Origin: the human T2T-CHM13v2.0 reference genome, Homo sapiens
DNA length: 64,000 nucleotides
Assembly (NCBI RefSeq): GCF_009914755.1
Contig: NC_060931.1
Strand: one strand, 5' to 3'
Shown here: piece after piece, positions 1 through 13,800 of the stretch
Position numbering within the stretch: position 1 is the first letter of the stretch
Layout: each line of letters opens with the position of its first letter
Translations under genes and position numbers: made by a program
The notes under the pieces: model-generated
What the model was told of the DNA's origin: nothing
What the model saw: only the letters and a program-made list of their open reading frames with translations
The model's database searches: none

Positions 1-296
1 TTGTCATGATCAGAGAAAAGATTTTCATTTTCTGAATGTGAAGTCTGTTGATGGTTAAATAGGGTTTCCCAAAATTTTTTAATAAATTGATGCACTCACA
101 ATGCAGGTTCAGTACATTTTTCTACTTCGAAAAAAGTTTGAATTTGGAAGTTGACCTCTCAATGAAAACCTGAGCATGTAGTTCTAGCCATAATCTATCC
201 TCAAAGAAATCAGTTACTAACACACTGTAAAGCATCACATGTGTTTCAGGATTGGGGTGAACATCTCCGATTTTGCTAGGAGTCCATATTTTAAAA

Positions 297-529
297 TAGT
301 GGTTCTCTATCAGTGGAGATGTTTTTATCGCTAGGGAACATTTGGCAATATCAGGAAACATCTTTGACTGTCAAAACCAGGGGAAGGGGAGTGAGGGATG
401 GGTACTTCCAGCAGCTTGTGAGCAGAGGCCAGGCGTGCTGCTAAACAACTTGTAATGCACAAAACAGTCCACACAGCTTAGAATTTTCCAGACTAAAATG
501 CCAATATAGTGCCAAGACTGAGAAAGCTG
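297..529 (+). mobile_element. MER20 (hAT-Charlie DNA transposon MITE)
   Basis: tagtggttctc...catttggcaat...gctgctaaac...atagtgccaagactgagaaagctg follows the MER20 consensus end to end. Confidence 0.85.
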
Positions 530-1202
530 ACTTAAATAACAGGCTACAAAAATACAGAAAGACTGTCCCTAATGCATCTTAATTACATTCCTTGCACAGT
601 GTTAAGCAAAATAACAAATGCTTGTTGCTTATTAAATAAACTACCTCTATTTAGCTGGGATCTTTGAGTCGGAGATGAAAAAGAACTAAAAAAGAGTTAT
701 CACACATATGATATCTACAATTACAAAATTGCAGTCATTGTCAGAACCCAAAAGAAATTTTAAAAATCACCCTGTCCAGCCTAATTTCTCCAGTTAGGAA
801 AAACAATGTTTCTCACATGGAAGATGCTATCTAATGTACCGACACGACACTGTTAAGGGGAGAGGGCAGTCCTCTTAATAGTAAAAATGAGGTGAGACCT
901 TTACAAAATTATTAAAATCAGGTTTTGCTATTTTCCTTCTAATAGTATCAATGTCCCATACTTCCCTCAAGTTAATAAAGTATTTCCTGTATAAAAATTA
1001 AAATCAATGTGGTATCATAGTAACTGCTATTTCTCTAGCATGAAACACATAAAATGTAATTATTTTCAAAAAACAAATCAGAGACCTTGGCCTACAGGCT
1101 TTTCTGCTTTTGAGATTGCTGGGATTTAAACTGTCATGAGAAATTCCGAACTGGCTTACATTTTTGAAACACAGGAACTGACAGTCATAAGGCCAAACAT
1201 AC

Positions 1203-1248
1203 CCTTAATAATCGATTCAGCCGCATAGAGATCTCGTTTGTAGGTCAC
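1203..1248 (-). CDS. CRPPA: CRPPA/ISPD internal coding exon (recalled as exon 5, 46 nt, phase 0-1)
   Basis: Minus strand reads tctgtcctttag|GTGACC...ATTAAGG|gtatgt. The only open frame is VTYKRDLYAAESIIK+G. With the upstream exon it forms the IspD-family K-V/I-T-x3-D-L-x2-A-E motif. Confidence 0.96.
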
Positions 1249-1788
1249 CTAAAGGACAGATAAACTTCATTAGACTTAACAGAGCAGGAAGGAATGTGCA
1301 AGCAATAAAATAATGCCCCCAAGGAAATTCTTGATTTTTCAGAAGCTATAAACATGTAATACTGACATTTTCTCAATTAGAAAAGCATCAGCAAATTCAC
1401 ATAAAATATATTCTATTTCTACAAATGGCTGATTTGTTTTTAAATCTTTGAATAAATTAAGATATTATGTGGCAGTTGTTACCGAAATCTTAATGTAACT
1501 CAAGTATTATACTTAAAGAAAATGTGGTAGCATTTAAACAACAGTATTAACATGACTGCATAAAAACGAGGTTTTATACTAGAGAAAAAAAGGTAGGGTG
1601 GAAGTCTCTGTATAACAAAAAAGTCACTGAGTTACATTCTTAGCTGAAATAATTCTGAAAGGTCAATTTATGTTAAGAGGGGCTTCCTTCTGAATTACAT
1701 ATATCCGTATGAACCTAGATAAGATTCACCTTGTAAGATTTTTATTAAAAATGTGGCTAAAATAGAAAGAGCCTATAGGGTACCACTA

Positions 1789-2173
<385 letters not shown>

Positions 2174-3253
2174 CTATGGCAGATACTTCACAGACCCCCA
2201 TCCAGTGAGCTCAGGTACAGAAAATGTAAGTGCATTGTGTTGCAGAATTAATTCTATATCACAGAGCTGAAATACATAGTAAATAATGACACAGTATAAA
2301 TAAGCTTTTATAAGGTCTTAAAAGCTACATTCAAGCACCTAGATATTTATGATGCAAGTGTTCTAAAAACCCACTTTGAGAAATTCCTACCATATTATTA
2401 CCTCACCATGCCTAAACTCAGCTGAAATAGCACACAGAAGCACAATCAAACAAAAGAGAGAAAAAATGAGCTGAACTAGGTGAGTGCCAGGTGTTGGGTT
2501 GGAATTTCACCCACACAGAACCTTTCCTCTTCTTCAGGTGGCCCCTGAGGCTCTAGTGAGCACAGTCTGAAAACCAGCAAATTAGAGGATTGAAGTTCTT
2601 TCTCATCACTACAGGACTGATTTTTTTAAGTAATTTTTCATTATAGAGTGTTGTGCAAGGTCAAAGGAAGACTACTGATCATGCTAACAGAACGAAAGGA
2701 ACTTCAATACTCATTGTCAGGGTGTTGGGTTTTTTTAATTAAAATAAGGACAACCCATATTGCTGTAAAAGTTAGATGGAAAAAATGAATAACCCATCAA
2801 TTGAGAATTACAACATTTTCCAGTCATACTGCTTTTGAAGTACGTTAGCTATGTAGGAAAAAAATAAGGCTAAAAGTACTTTAAAATTCACTAGTTTTGG
2901 TTGGCATGTGCTTGTTTTAGAAATACTATAGCATTTCACATTTTAATAGATTGGTTGAATTGCTTGAACAACTTTTTATCTGTGTTATCAAGTTAGCTGC
3001 TACTTTATTTCTGGATAGTAAGGTATAGTTTTGGTCCAGGATTTACCTGCCAGGATAAAGGAATAGCAGAGGAATCTAATTTGGATAGAAGTGCAGTAGC
3101 CCACTTCACTAAACAAAGTTTCTGTACAAATCTAGTAGTTAGTTAATCTGGAGGATAAAAATTCCAATTTCATAGGCACGGTAAGGTAATAATACGGTGG
3201 GAATTTCTCATTCCTATCACGTCTACATGTTGTTCTTGTTTCTGTGTTGAGAC

Positions 3254-3287
<34 letters not shown>

Positions 3288-4138
3288 AAAAAAAAAAAAC
3301 TTTCAGAACACAGCCAGTTGGCCACTATCTCCAATAATTTAAGGTGACACATAATGTTCTCCCATCTTTCCCTTCACAATAAATAGGCAAAACTTACATT
3401 TCAAAGATAATAGAATGTTTATTAGGTATAGATTTTTCAGAACTTATTTCCTTACCAATCATATACATATAGAAAATATTCTTTTCTGGATACCTATATA
3501 AAATGCTGGATAACTATATAAAAATATCTGAAGAGAAACAATGTCACCATATTGTGTTTTTGAAATTACAAAAACCAAATAGAGACTACTTTGTTTCTTT
3601 TGTTTTTAAACAGATGCTGAAATACTTGGACCTTAAAAAAATGTATTCCCCAACAAAAGGAATCCTCAAAAGTCATTCATTCCAATAATATTGTGATTAC
3701 ACAAAAACTTCAGAAACTCCTAAAAAAGCACATTCAGACAACGGAACACAGTGGTTAAATTTCTTCAGTAACTGGTTATCAATCTTGTATGGCTTGAAGA
3801 TGGTTTTGACATTTAGAAACAAGATGTCTGTTCAATTAAGCCTGTACAGTGTAGTAAGAGACCAAGTTAATTAAAAGTAAATGGGGTCACAAATATGGTA
3901 CAACTCTAAATTAAAGGGACTCAAGTTGTTATGCAGACTAGATGAAATCTCATCAAAATAAGAGGGTTTACTTGGGCCTGTCAAAGCAAGACTACTCCAG
4001 GAAAGCATGACAGCTGATCCCTACTCCCAGAACCAGTTCTGTACTCCTCAGTGCTTATCGCCCTGGTGGGGGTAGTGGGGTACCGTGGCCATTTTCTACC
4101 CTGCATGGTGATTTGAAAGAAAAAAAAAACTGATATTA

Positions 4139-4460
<322 letters not shown>

Positions 4461-5311
4461 ATAAAATACAAAATAATCCTCCTAGGATTTCTGGTGGCAA
4501 CTGAAATTCTACTACTGAAATTCTAGTACTACGTGCAGTCCTCAGAAATTTCAAGTCAGTCTTTAAACCAATGTGAAGTGAACTCCCTGACTTTTCAGGG
4601 GAAAGGGAAGGTGTATTGTTCCATGTTTCAGGATCTTCCTTTGCCTTACACTGTTACATGGTAATAAAATGCCTCAATTATGTCCAAATATGTCTTTTAC
4701 TGTCAGATTTTTGAATCATGTTTCAAGTACATGGCCATGCCATCTGAGTCCAGTACCAGTTTAGCATAATTGTACTAGAACTTTTCAGATACATTTTTTT
4801 TTAAAAGGCAGCATCTTTGGAGTTAGTGTAGAATTAGGACACTAATTTCAAAGCATAAACTCCATTGTTGTGTAAAACAAATACTCTCATCATACAAAAT
4901 AAGATCACAAAATTAAAGTAAAAGCCTAATGACAAATCTTACAATGTTATCAAAAGGGGTTAAATAATTAGCTATGAAAATACCAAAAAAAGAAGTCAAA
5001 GATGAGACAAGAGGCAGAAAGAGAAAATAGGGACCCTGAAAACAACAGCAATATTTGCATTCTAGTATCACCTCAGTTAACAGGGAAAAAAATGTGATAC
5101 CAAAAAACAAACAAACAAAAAACGCTTATAACGTCTATCTGTAAGACATTTTCCCCAATCCAGAGCACGACAGGACTTTTAGGGTCCAAGCTCCCTTTGA
5201 AGCATGGCATTATTCAAATCTCATTCATAAGAGTAGAGCTCTCTACTTCCATTCCATGTGGAAAGTGATGCTATGATGCTGATTTCTAGTGGGGGGATCG
5301 CCCTTTCAGCA

Positions 5312-6077
<766 letters not shown>

Positions 6078-7195
6078 ATGTCCCTAAAAAGGGACTCACC
6101 AGTGGAACCAAGAGAAGCACTGTGTGGAAAGGCCAATCAGGTTAGCGTGCACTGATATTTGTTGCACATAAAAGGGGAGCAGAGCATCAAGATGTACCTG
6201 AGGACTAACACTCTTGCTGGAGAGAACAGAGAAATATAAACACCTCACCAAAAAGGAAACACTGAAGATGGAATGTAACATTCAGAGAGTAATGTGCTGC
6301 TTCCTTTTCCTCCACAGATCTCAAGAGTGCTTTACAAACTTGATGAGGGCTCAGAACATGCAAAAGAGGTAAATAATCACAGCCCCAAAGATGTCAAAAG
6401 TGAGACCAGGGATTATTGACATGTCAGTAGCAATAAAACGCCTTAGAGTTTCCGCCTTTTTTCTTGGTCTTCAAATTAGGTCTGCCAGACAGCCAAAGGA
6501 GTTCTAAAGAAATGTGGGTCAGGACCTTTAATGAAACATCTAACTGGTAATTGCCAAAAATCCTCATAAATATCACTGAGCCATATATAGAAAAGGATGA
6601 ATAAAATGTTTGCCTGCTGGGTTGATGATAGTTAACCCAGCAGAGGCAGACATTTTAGGTTGTCCTTAAATGAAGAGTAATATTGCATAAAATTTCTTTA
6701 CCGCATAAATTTTCTCTACCAGGCAATACTTCAAACATGTCAATATTTTGGAGTCTTAGAATTCAACATTTTAAGTATTTAAGATTATCCTGAGACAATC
6801 TTAGCATGCAGTGAGGCTGATCATGTTACTGTGCAAAATAACTGATCAACTTACAGGGCTTTCTGTTTTAAAAATCAGTAAGGAAATATGCTTATAGACT
6901 CAATTAGAATGAATCTTTACTAATCAGATTTTGATGGATGTTTCATAAAGATTTCCAAAGACTGCAAGCAATATTTCAAAAGCAGCAATATGTATTTCAA
7001 GATTATGAAATAATCTTATTTCCAAATGTACTTATTTCTGATTTCCAGACTCCTATTTCCAAATGTCCTGTTCAATTCAACTAATGAAACAAAGAATCAC
7101 ACTCTAAACCATCCCTGGCCTTGATAAGAAGCTGCAGTATGATAGTGCCATTATCTTGTTTGCAATAAGTATTCTATTCCCTCCAAAAGAGGTTA

Positions 7196-7496
7196 GGCCA
7201 GGTGTGGTGGCTCACACCTGTAATCCCAGCACTTTGGGAGGCTGAGGCAGGCAGATAGCCTGAGGTCAGGAGTTCAAGACTAGGCTGGCCAACATGGTGA
7301 AACCCCGTCTCTACTAAAAATACAAAAATTAGCCGGGTGGTGGTAGGCACCTGTGATCCCAGCTACTTGGGAGGCTGGGACAGGAGAATTGCTTGAAATT
7401 TGGAGGTGGAGGTTACAATGAGACTGCACCATTGCCCTCCAGCCTGGGCCAGAAGAGTGAAACTCTGTCAAAAAAAAAAAAAAAAAAAAAAAAAAA
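7196..7496 (+). mobile_element. AluSp/Sq-like
   Basis: Full dimer ending aagagtgaaactctgtc plus a long A tail. Confidence 0.92.
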
Positions 7497-7733
7497 GAAG
7501 CAAGTTAGCCATTAAAAGAACTGGGCCCTGCCACAGGAAACAGTCTAATTCCTCACAGTGGGACAGAAAGTGGATCCAGCTACCACCCCCACTGGGTTGG
7601 AACTGTTGCAGATATCCTTTTAACCCAGTTAAGTTGGAGCAACCACCCAGGGCCTGAAAGGAAATGTTGATACTGCAGGCAAAGTTGTAGCTTTAATCAA
7701 ACTGAGTGAAGAAAAAAAAAAAAAAAAGGCTAT

Positions 7734-8059
7734 TGATATGGTTTGGATCTGTGTCCCTGCCCAAATCTCATGGGGAATTGTAAGCTCTAACCATGGAGGT
7801 GAGACCTGGTGGGAGGTGACTGGATCGTGGGGGCAGATTTCCGCCTTGGAGCTGTTCTCCAAGTGAGTGAGGTCTCGAAGTGTCTCACTCCTCCTTTGCT
7901 TTCTGCCATAATTGGAAGCCTCCTGAGGCCTCTCCAGAAGCAGAAGCCACTATGCTTCCTATGCAGCCTGCAGAACCATGAGCCAATTAAACCTCTTTCC
8001 TTTATAAATTACCAAGTCTCAGGTATTTCTTTATATTAGTGTGAGAACAGACTAATAAA
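7734..8059 (+). mobile_element. MSTA-type MaLR solo LTR with 5-bp TSD
   Basis: tgatatggtttggatctgtgtccc...gagccaattaaacctcttt...agactaata. TSD gctat at 7729-7733 and 8060-8064. Confidence 0.9.
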
Positions 8060-8250
8060 GCTATCTACAGAGAGGAAGAAAAAGAAAAAAGTGAATAAAC
8101 CAATCTCACAGGTTAAAATGAGATGTGTCTGAGTAAATTATCTCAAAGTGAATTTTCTTGAAGCCAAGCAATAGAAGGGATACTACACATTGATGGTTCA
8201 GTAAACCCGTGAGACTCCCTTAACTCCCACTCAATGCACTACTGGTTTTA

Positions 8251-8448
<198 letters not shown>

Positions 8449-9039
8449 TTAAGCTAAAATGCGATTTTAAGTAAAACCAAGCCTTTTATTTCATAATCCA
8501 TTGCAAACAAAGGAAGGGCCTAGGGGGCTCAAACTATTTAATCAGCTACTGACTGAGTTATAACATCCCCATTAGCTAAAAGCAAAACAGGGAATAGGAA
8601 TACTGCAACCATCACGTGAAGCAAAACAAATAGTGAATAGGAATAGTGCAATCATATGAGTTTTGAGATTCCTCAGTAGTTCTAGGCGTAAAAAAATGTA
8701 ATACTTTGTTTCCTTTGCTTATAAGTTACCTTTCCAAACATGTTTATAAAATGCCTGAAGGTATGGCTGAGGATTATCATATCATAACTGTTGATAAATA
8801 TATATCTACAAAATCTAAATCTCATATCTTGTATTTATATCAGGACATTTGCAGGTCATAGTTCTCTTGTTTTAGTAATTAAAATATCAATATATCTTTT
8901 AATTATTTACATTTGTTTATAAACATGGAAAATTTAGTCTTTCATTGTGCGAAAAACTGTAAACATATCTCATAAATTCAGTAAAAATAAAACATTTTTT
9001 GGCATTTTAAGCAGAGCCACTAAAATAACCAAGTAATAA

Positions 9040-9385
9040 TACAATTCAGCTGAACAGTACTCAGGGTACCTATCCTGTCTCCAAGTTCTATTTTAAGTAC
9101 CAGATATATAAAGGTAAATGACACATGTATTATGCCCTCAAGGAACTCAGGTCTAGAAGGGGAGGCTGGCATCTAACAAGCAGTTTGTAACAGAACCTGA
9201 TAGATGCAGCACTAGAAGAATGTCTAGAGGTAGCTCAGTGGATAAAACACTTAATTCTATGTGACGGCATCAGGAAGGCCTATCAGAGGAAATGGCTTGA
9301 TCTCCAACAGCAGAATAAAATTGAACAAGGAGGATTATGTTTAAATCAAAAGGTGCTTTGCAAAGTTACGGAGGTTTGAGACATT
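9040..9385 (-). mobile_element. L2 3' fragment (degraded)
   Basis: Resembles the reverse L2 3' end (tgccctcaaggaactcaggtctagaagggg; catcaggaaggcctatcagaggaa). Confidence 0.55.
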
Positions 9386-9396
9386 TGGTAGACTAA

Positions 9397-9468
9397 TTTT
9401 TTTTCTTCTTTTTTTTTTGAGACAGAGTTCTTGCTCTGTCTCCCAGACTGGAGCCACCATGCCCAGCT
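9397..9468 (-). mobile_element. Internally deleted Alu (only both termini and the tail remain)
   Basis: T-tract + gagacagagttcttgctctgtctcccagactggag is fused directly to ccaccatgcccagct. Flanks agactaatttt / agacttatttt look like a TSD. Confidence 0.8.
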
Positions 9469-10169
9469 GAGACTTATTTTAGAAAGCATATCCATGTAAG
9501 GATTGCACAAGGCAACAAATATGAATATGGCATCAAGCACCCCTTGCCAAAGCTATTTTATTATCCTTACATGGAAGCTACTGAAAGAATATAAAACCTC
9601 TGGGACCCACAGTCACAAAAGGAGTTCATAAACATGTGCAGTCTCCTCTCTTGTGATCTCCTATTGGGTGCCCATAACTAATATTATTTGAAGGAGATTC
9701 TCATTAGATGTATATTCTAAATTCAAGTCAATCGCTAAATAAAATTAAGTTTAAAAAATCAATAGTGGTGATAAAATGAAATCATAAAACATAGTATATT
9801 AATCCAAAGGCCAACAGAAAAGTGAGAAAAAGAACCAAGAACAGGTGGAACAAATACAAAGCAAGTAGCAAGATGATTTTAGACAAGAAAGTTAATGAAC
9901 GAGAGAGGGTATTGCACAAAATGTTTTGACACTTGTGATTCACCATGGGGGGGTTATAGTTATAATGATATCATTGATCACATGAGAAACACACACGCAA
10001 ACAGACAGACACTGAAAACCATCTGCCTCCCCAGACTTGGCCCCCCGAAAACAGTGTCTAACAGCCTTCTGCCAAGGCAAAAGCCCTAAGGACACTTATC
10101 AGAGATCCCCCAAAAAGCAAGGTCCAGCCCAGTTATGCTATAGAGAAACACACAGTCAACACGCCCCAA

Positions 10170-10805
10170 GTAGAAAACTCACCAAGTCTAACCAGTCCCC
10201 AGCTAAACATGAGCAGAAAACCCATATTTAACTGTCACCCAAGGAAAGATTGTAATGTGAAAGATCAAAATGGCAAAAATAAAGCACTCGAGAAAATCGA
10301 AACTGCAATTTTTTAAAAACTATTAATAGATCTAGGAAGATAAAGAATTTTAAATCAGGTGACGGGGTAATATTTAAAAAGGCAGAAAAGGAAAGAGTCG
10401 TGTGACTCATCGACAAAGTCAAATACCCAAATAAAAATATTGAAATTTCAGGAAAAACAGAAAAAGATAGACGAAAACAACCAAATAATTCAGATATTCC
10501 AAAGATGAACAACATTGAATTTCCAGATTAAGAGAAATTATAGAGTATGGAAGCTAAGGGGTGAAAGTATGCCAAGCCCACTTAACGAAAACTATCTTAC
10601 AAACAAGCTGTAATCCAAATGAGTTGGGACTTCATAGAAACAATACAACTTAGAACAAAGAAGCAAATTAATCACAATTCTTGGGGTAATGATTTTAAAC
10701 ATAGAATTCTACTCCCAGGAGAGCTATCAAGTTTGAGGGCAGAATATGAACTTTTCCTCACATTCAAAGTATCAAAAGAATTTTATTATCCATGCATTGT
10801 TTTCT
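10170..10805 (+). mobile_element. HAL1 / ancient L1 ORF1-like fragment
   Basis: aatgattttaaacatagaattctactcccagg...gagggcagaat...ccatgcattgttttct resembles the end of HAL1/L1M ORF1. Confidence 0.55.
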
Positions 10806-10814
10806 TTCCTACAC

Positions 10815-13800
10815 TTTTTAAGACTTTAAATATTAGGTTCATAGCAAAATGGAGCAAAAGGCAAAGATTTCCATATACCCTCAAGCTCCCACATACACAC
10901 GACCTCTCCTACTATTGAAACCTTGTAAACATAGTGGTATGTGTATTAGCATCAATAAACCTACATTGACACATCATTATCATTCAAAGCCCGTAGTTTA
11001 ATTACGACCCATTAATTGTATTATACATTCTATGAGTTTTCACAAATGTACAATGATATACGTCCATCACTGTAGTTATTGTACAGAGTAGTTTCACACG
11101 ACAGTGAAATTTATCTGTGTACTACCTATACATACCTCCGGCCCCCACAACCCCTTGCAACCACTCATCCTTTTAATGCCTCCATAATTTGTCTTTTCCA
11201 GAAATAAATAGCTGTAATCATAGAATATTTAGCTGTTTTACATTGTATTCTCTCACACCAAAATATGCATTTAATTTCCCTTTTGGTGACTTTATAGCTA
11301 ATTTCTTTTTAGGAGTGAATAATATTTCATCATCTTGATGTACCACAGTTTGTTTATCCCCTCATCTAAGCTATTTATGTTGGTTCCAGTTTTGGCAATT
11401 ATGACTAAAGCTGCTATAAACATTCACGTGCAGGGTTTTAATGTGGACATAACTCATTTGGGTCTTATGGTAAGAGTATGTTTTGTAAGATGCTGCCAAA
11501 CTGTCTTCTAAAGTGACTGTCACTTTGCATTTGCATTTTAAGTTTTACATTTAGGTCTGATCCATTTAGAGTTAATGGTTGTGACAGGTTGAAAGTGTGT
11601 GCCTAGATTTATTTTTGGCATGTGGTTGTCTAGTTGTTCCAACAACATTTGGTTGAAAAGACAGCAAATCTTTGCTATATTGTATATTGCCTTTGCTTTT
11701 CTGCCAAAGACCAATTGATTACATTCATGTGATTCTGTTTCTGGGGTCTTTATTTCATTCCATAGATCCATTTATCTATTCTTTAAGCCAGCACCACACA
11801 GCCACAATTCCTGCAACTTTATACTAACTCTTAAAGTCAGGTAGTGTCAGTCCTCCAACTTTATTCTTTGCTTTCAATATTGTGTTAGCTATTCTAGGTC
11901 TTGTGCCTCTTCAGATAAACTTTAGAATAAGTTTGTCAATACTCCAAAATAGCTTGCTGAAATTTTGATTGGGATTGCATCAAATTTGTAGATCACGTTG
12001 GGGAGAAATTACATCTTGACAACTTTGAGTCTTCTTATCCACAAACATGGGACACCTCTCCATTTAGGTAGTTCTTTGAAGTCTTTCAGAGTTTTGCAGT
12101 TTTCCTCAAAAAAGGTTTTGTACATTTTGTTAGATTTATGCCCAAGTATCATTTTGGGGGTTGCTAACGTAAAGAGTAATATATTTCTATTTTCAAATTA
12201 CACATGTTCATGCTGGTACAAACGAAAGCAATGGGCTTTTATTCCCTCGTAGCCTGCAACTTTTCTAATACTGTCCCTTAATTCCATAACTTCTGTCAAT
12301 GCTTTCAGATTTCCCATACAGACAATCATGTCATCTGTGAAAAATTATTTCTTCCTTCCCAATCACAATACTTAGTTCATTTCCTTCTCTTATTAGCTGG
12401 AAATTCCAGGCCAATATTGAAAAAGAGCACTGAGGAGGCACATCCTTGCCTTGTTCTTGACCTTACCAGGAAAGCTCTTGATTTTCTCACCATTAATAAT
12501 GTTAGCTGCAGGTGTTCTGTGGATATTTTTTTAAATCAAGAAAGATCTCTATTTCTCGTTTTCTGAAATGTATCATAAATGAGTGTTGTATTTTGTCAAA
12601 TGCTTTTTCTCTATCCATTAATATGATTATATGATTTTTCTCTTTCTGCCTATTGATGTGATGAAATACATTAGATTTTGAAAGTTGAACCAGTCTTGTG
12701 TATCTGAGATAAATCCCAGTCAGTTGTGGGGTTTTGCTTTTGTACATTGTTGAATTCAGCTTGGTGATATTTTGATAAGGACCATGACATCTCTACAATG
12801 ATGAGAGAGATTGATCATAGTTTCCTTGTAACACCTTTTTTGTATGGTTTATTGAATTAGGGTAATTCTAGCATCACAGAATGAGTTAAGGAAGTATTCC
12901 CTTTGCTTCTATCTTCTGGAAAAACTATAGAGTTAGTATAATTTCTTCCTTAAAAGTTTGGTAGAAATTACCAGTGAACCCACCTAAGTCTAGTACTTCA
13001 TATATTAGGTGGTTAATTATTGACTCAATTTGTTTAACAGATGTTGCCTTATTAAGATTTCCTAGTTCTTCCTGTATGATTTTGGGCTATTGTGTCTTTC
13101 AATGAACTGGTCCATTTCACCTAAGTTACTAAGTTTTTAGGCACAGAGTTGCTCATTATACTCCTTTATTATCCTTTTAATGTTCATGGGATCTATAATA
13201 ATGTCCGTGCTTTCATTTCTGTATTAATTTGTATATTCTTTCTTAGCCTGGCTGATTTATTTTATCTTGTCAAAGAACCAGATTTTGGTCTGGTAGATTT
13301 TTCTCTACTGACTTCCTATTATCAATTTCATCTATTTCTGCTCCAATTTTTATTTGCTTTCTTCTGCTTAATCTGCTGTTCTTTTTCTAGTTTCCTAAAA
13401 TGGAAGCCTACATGATTGATTTTAGGTCTTTCTTTTTTAACATATGCATTCAATGCTATCGTTTTTCCTGTAAGCACTGTCCCTGCTGCATTCCAAAATT
13501 TTGATGCGTTCCATTTTATTTCGTTCAAAATATAGTTCTGAGATTTCTTTTTTATATGTGTTATTTAAGAGTATGTTGTTTAGTCTCCAAGTATTTTTGG
13601 ATTTTCCAGGTACCTTTGTTATTGATTTCTAGTTTAATTTCATTGAAGTCTGAGAGTAGGCCTTGTGTTATTTCTGTTCTTTTAACTTTGTTAAGGTGTG
13701 TTTTATGGCCCAGAAAGTGGTCTATCTTGTTGAATGTTCCATATGAGCATGAGAATAATGTGTAATCTGCTGTTTGTGAATGAAGTAACTAGATGTCAAT

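Noticed and set aside
3100-3299. Processed pseudogene ending in the poly(A) at 3264-3299
   Set aside because: No AATAAA close to the tract, no TSD and no recognisable parent; kept only as a splice-signal hypothesis on the other strand.
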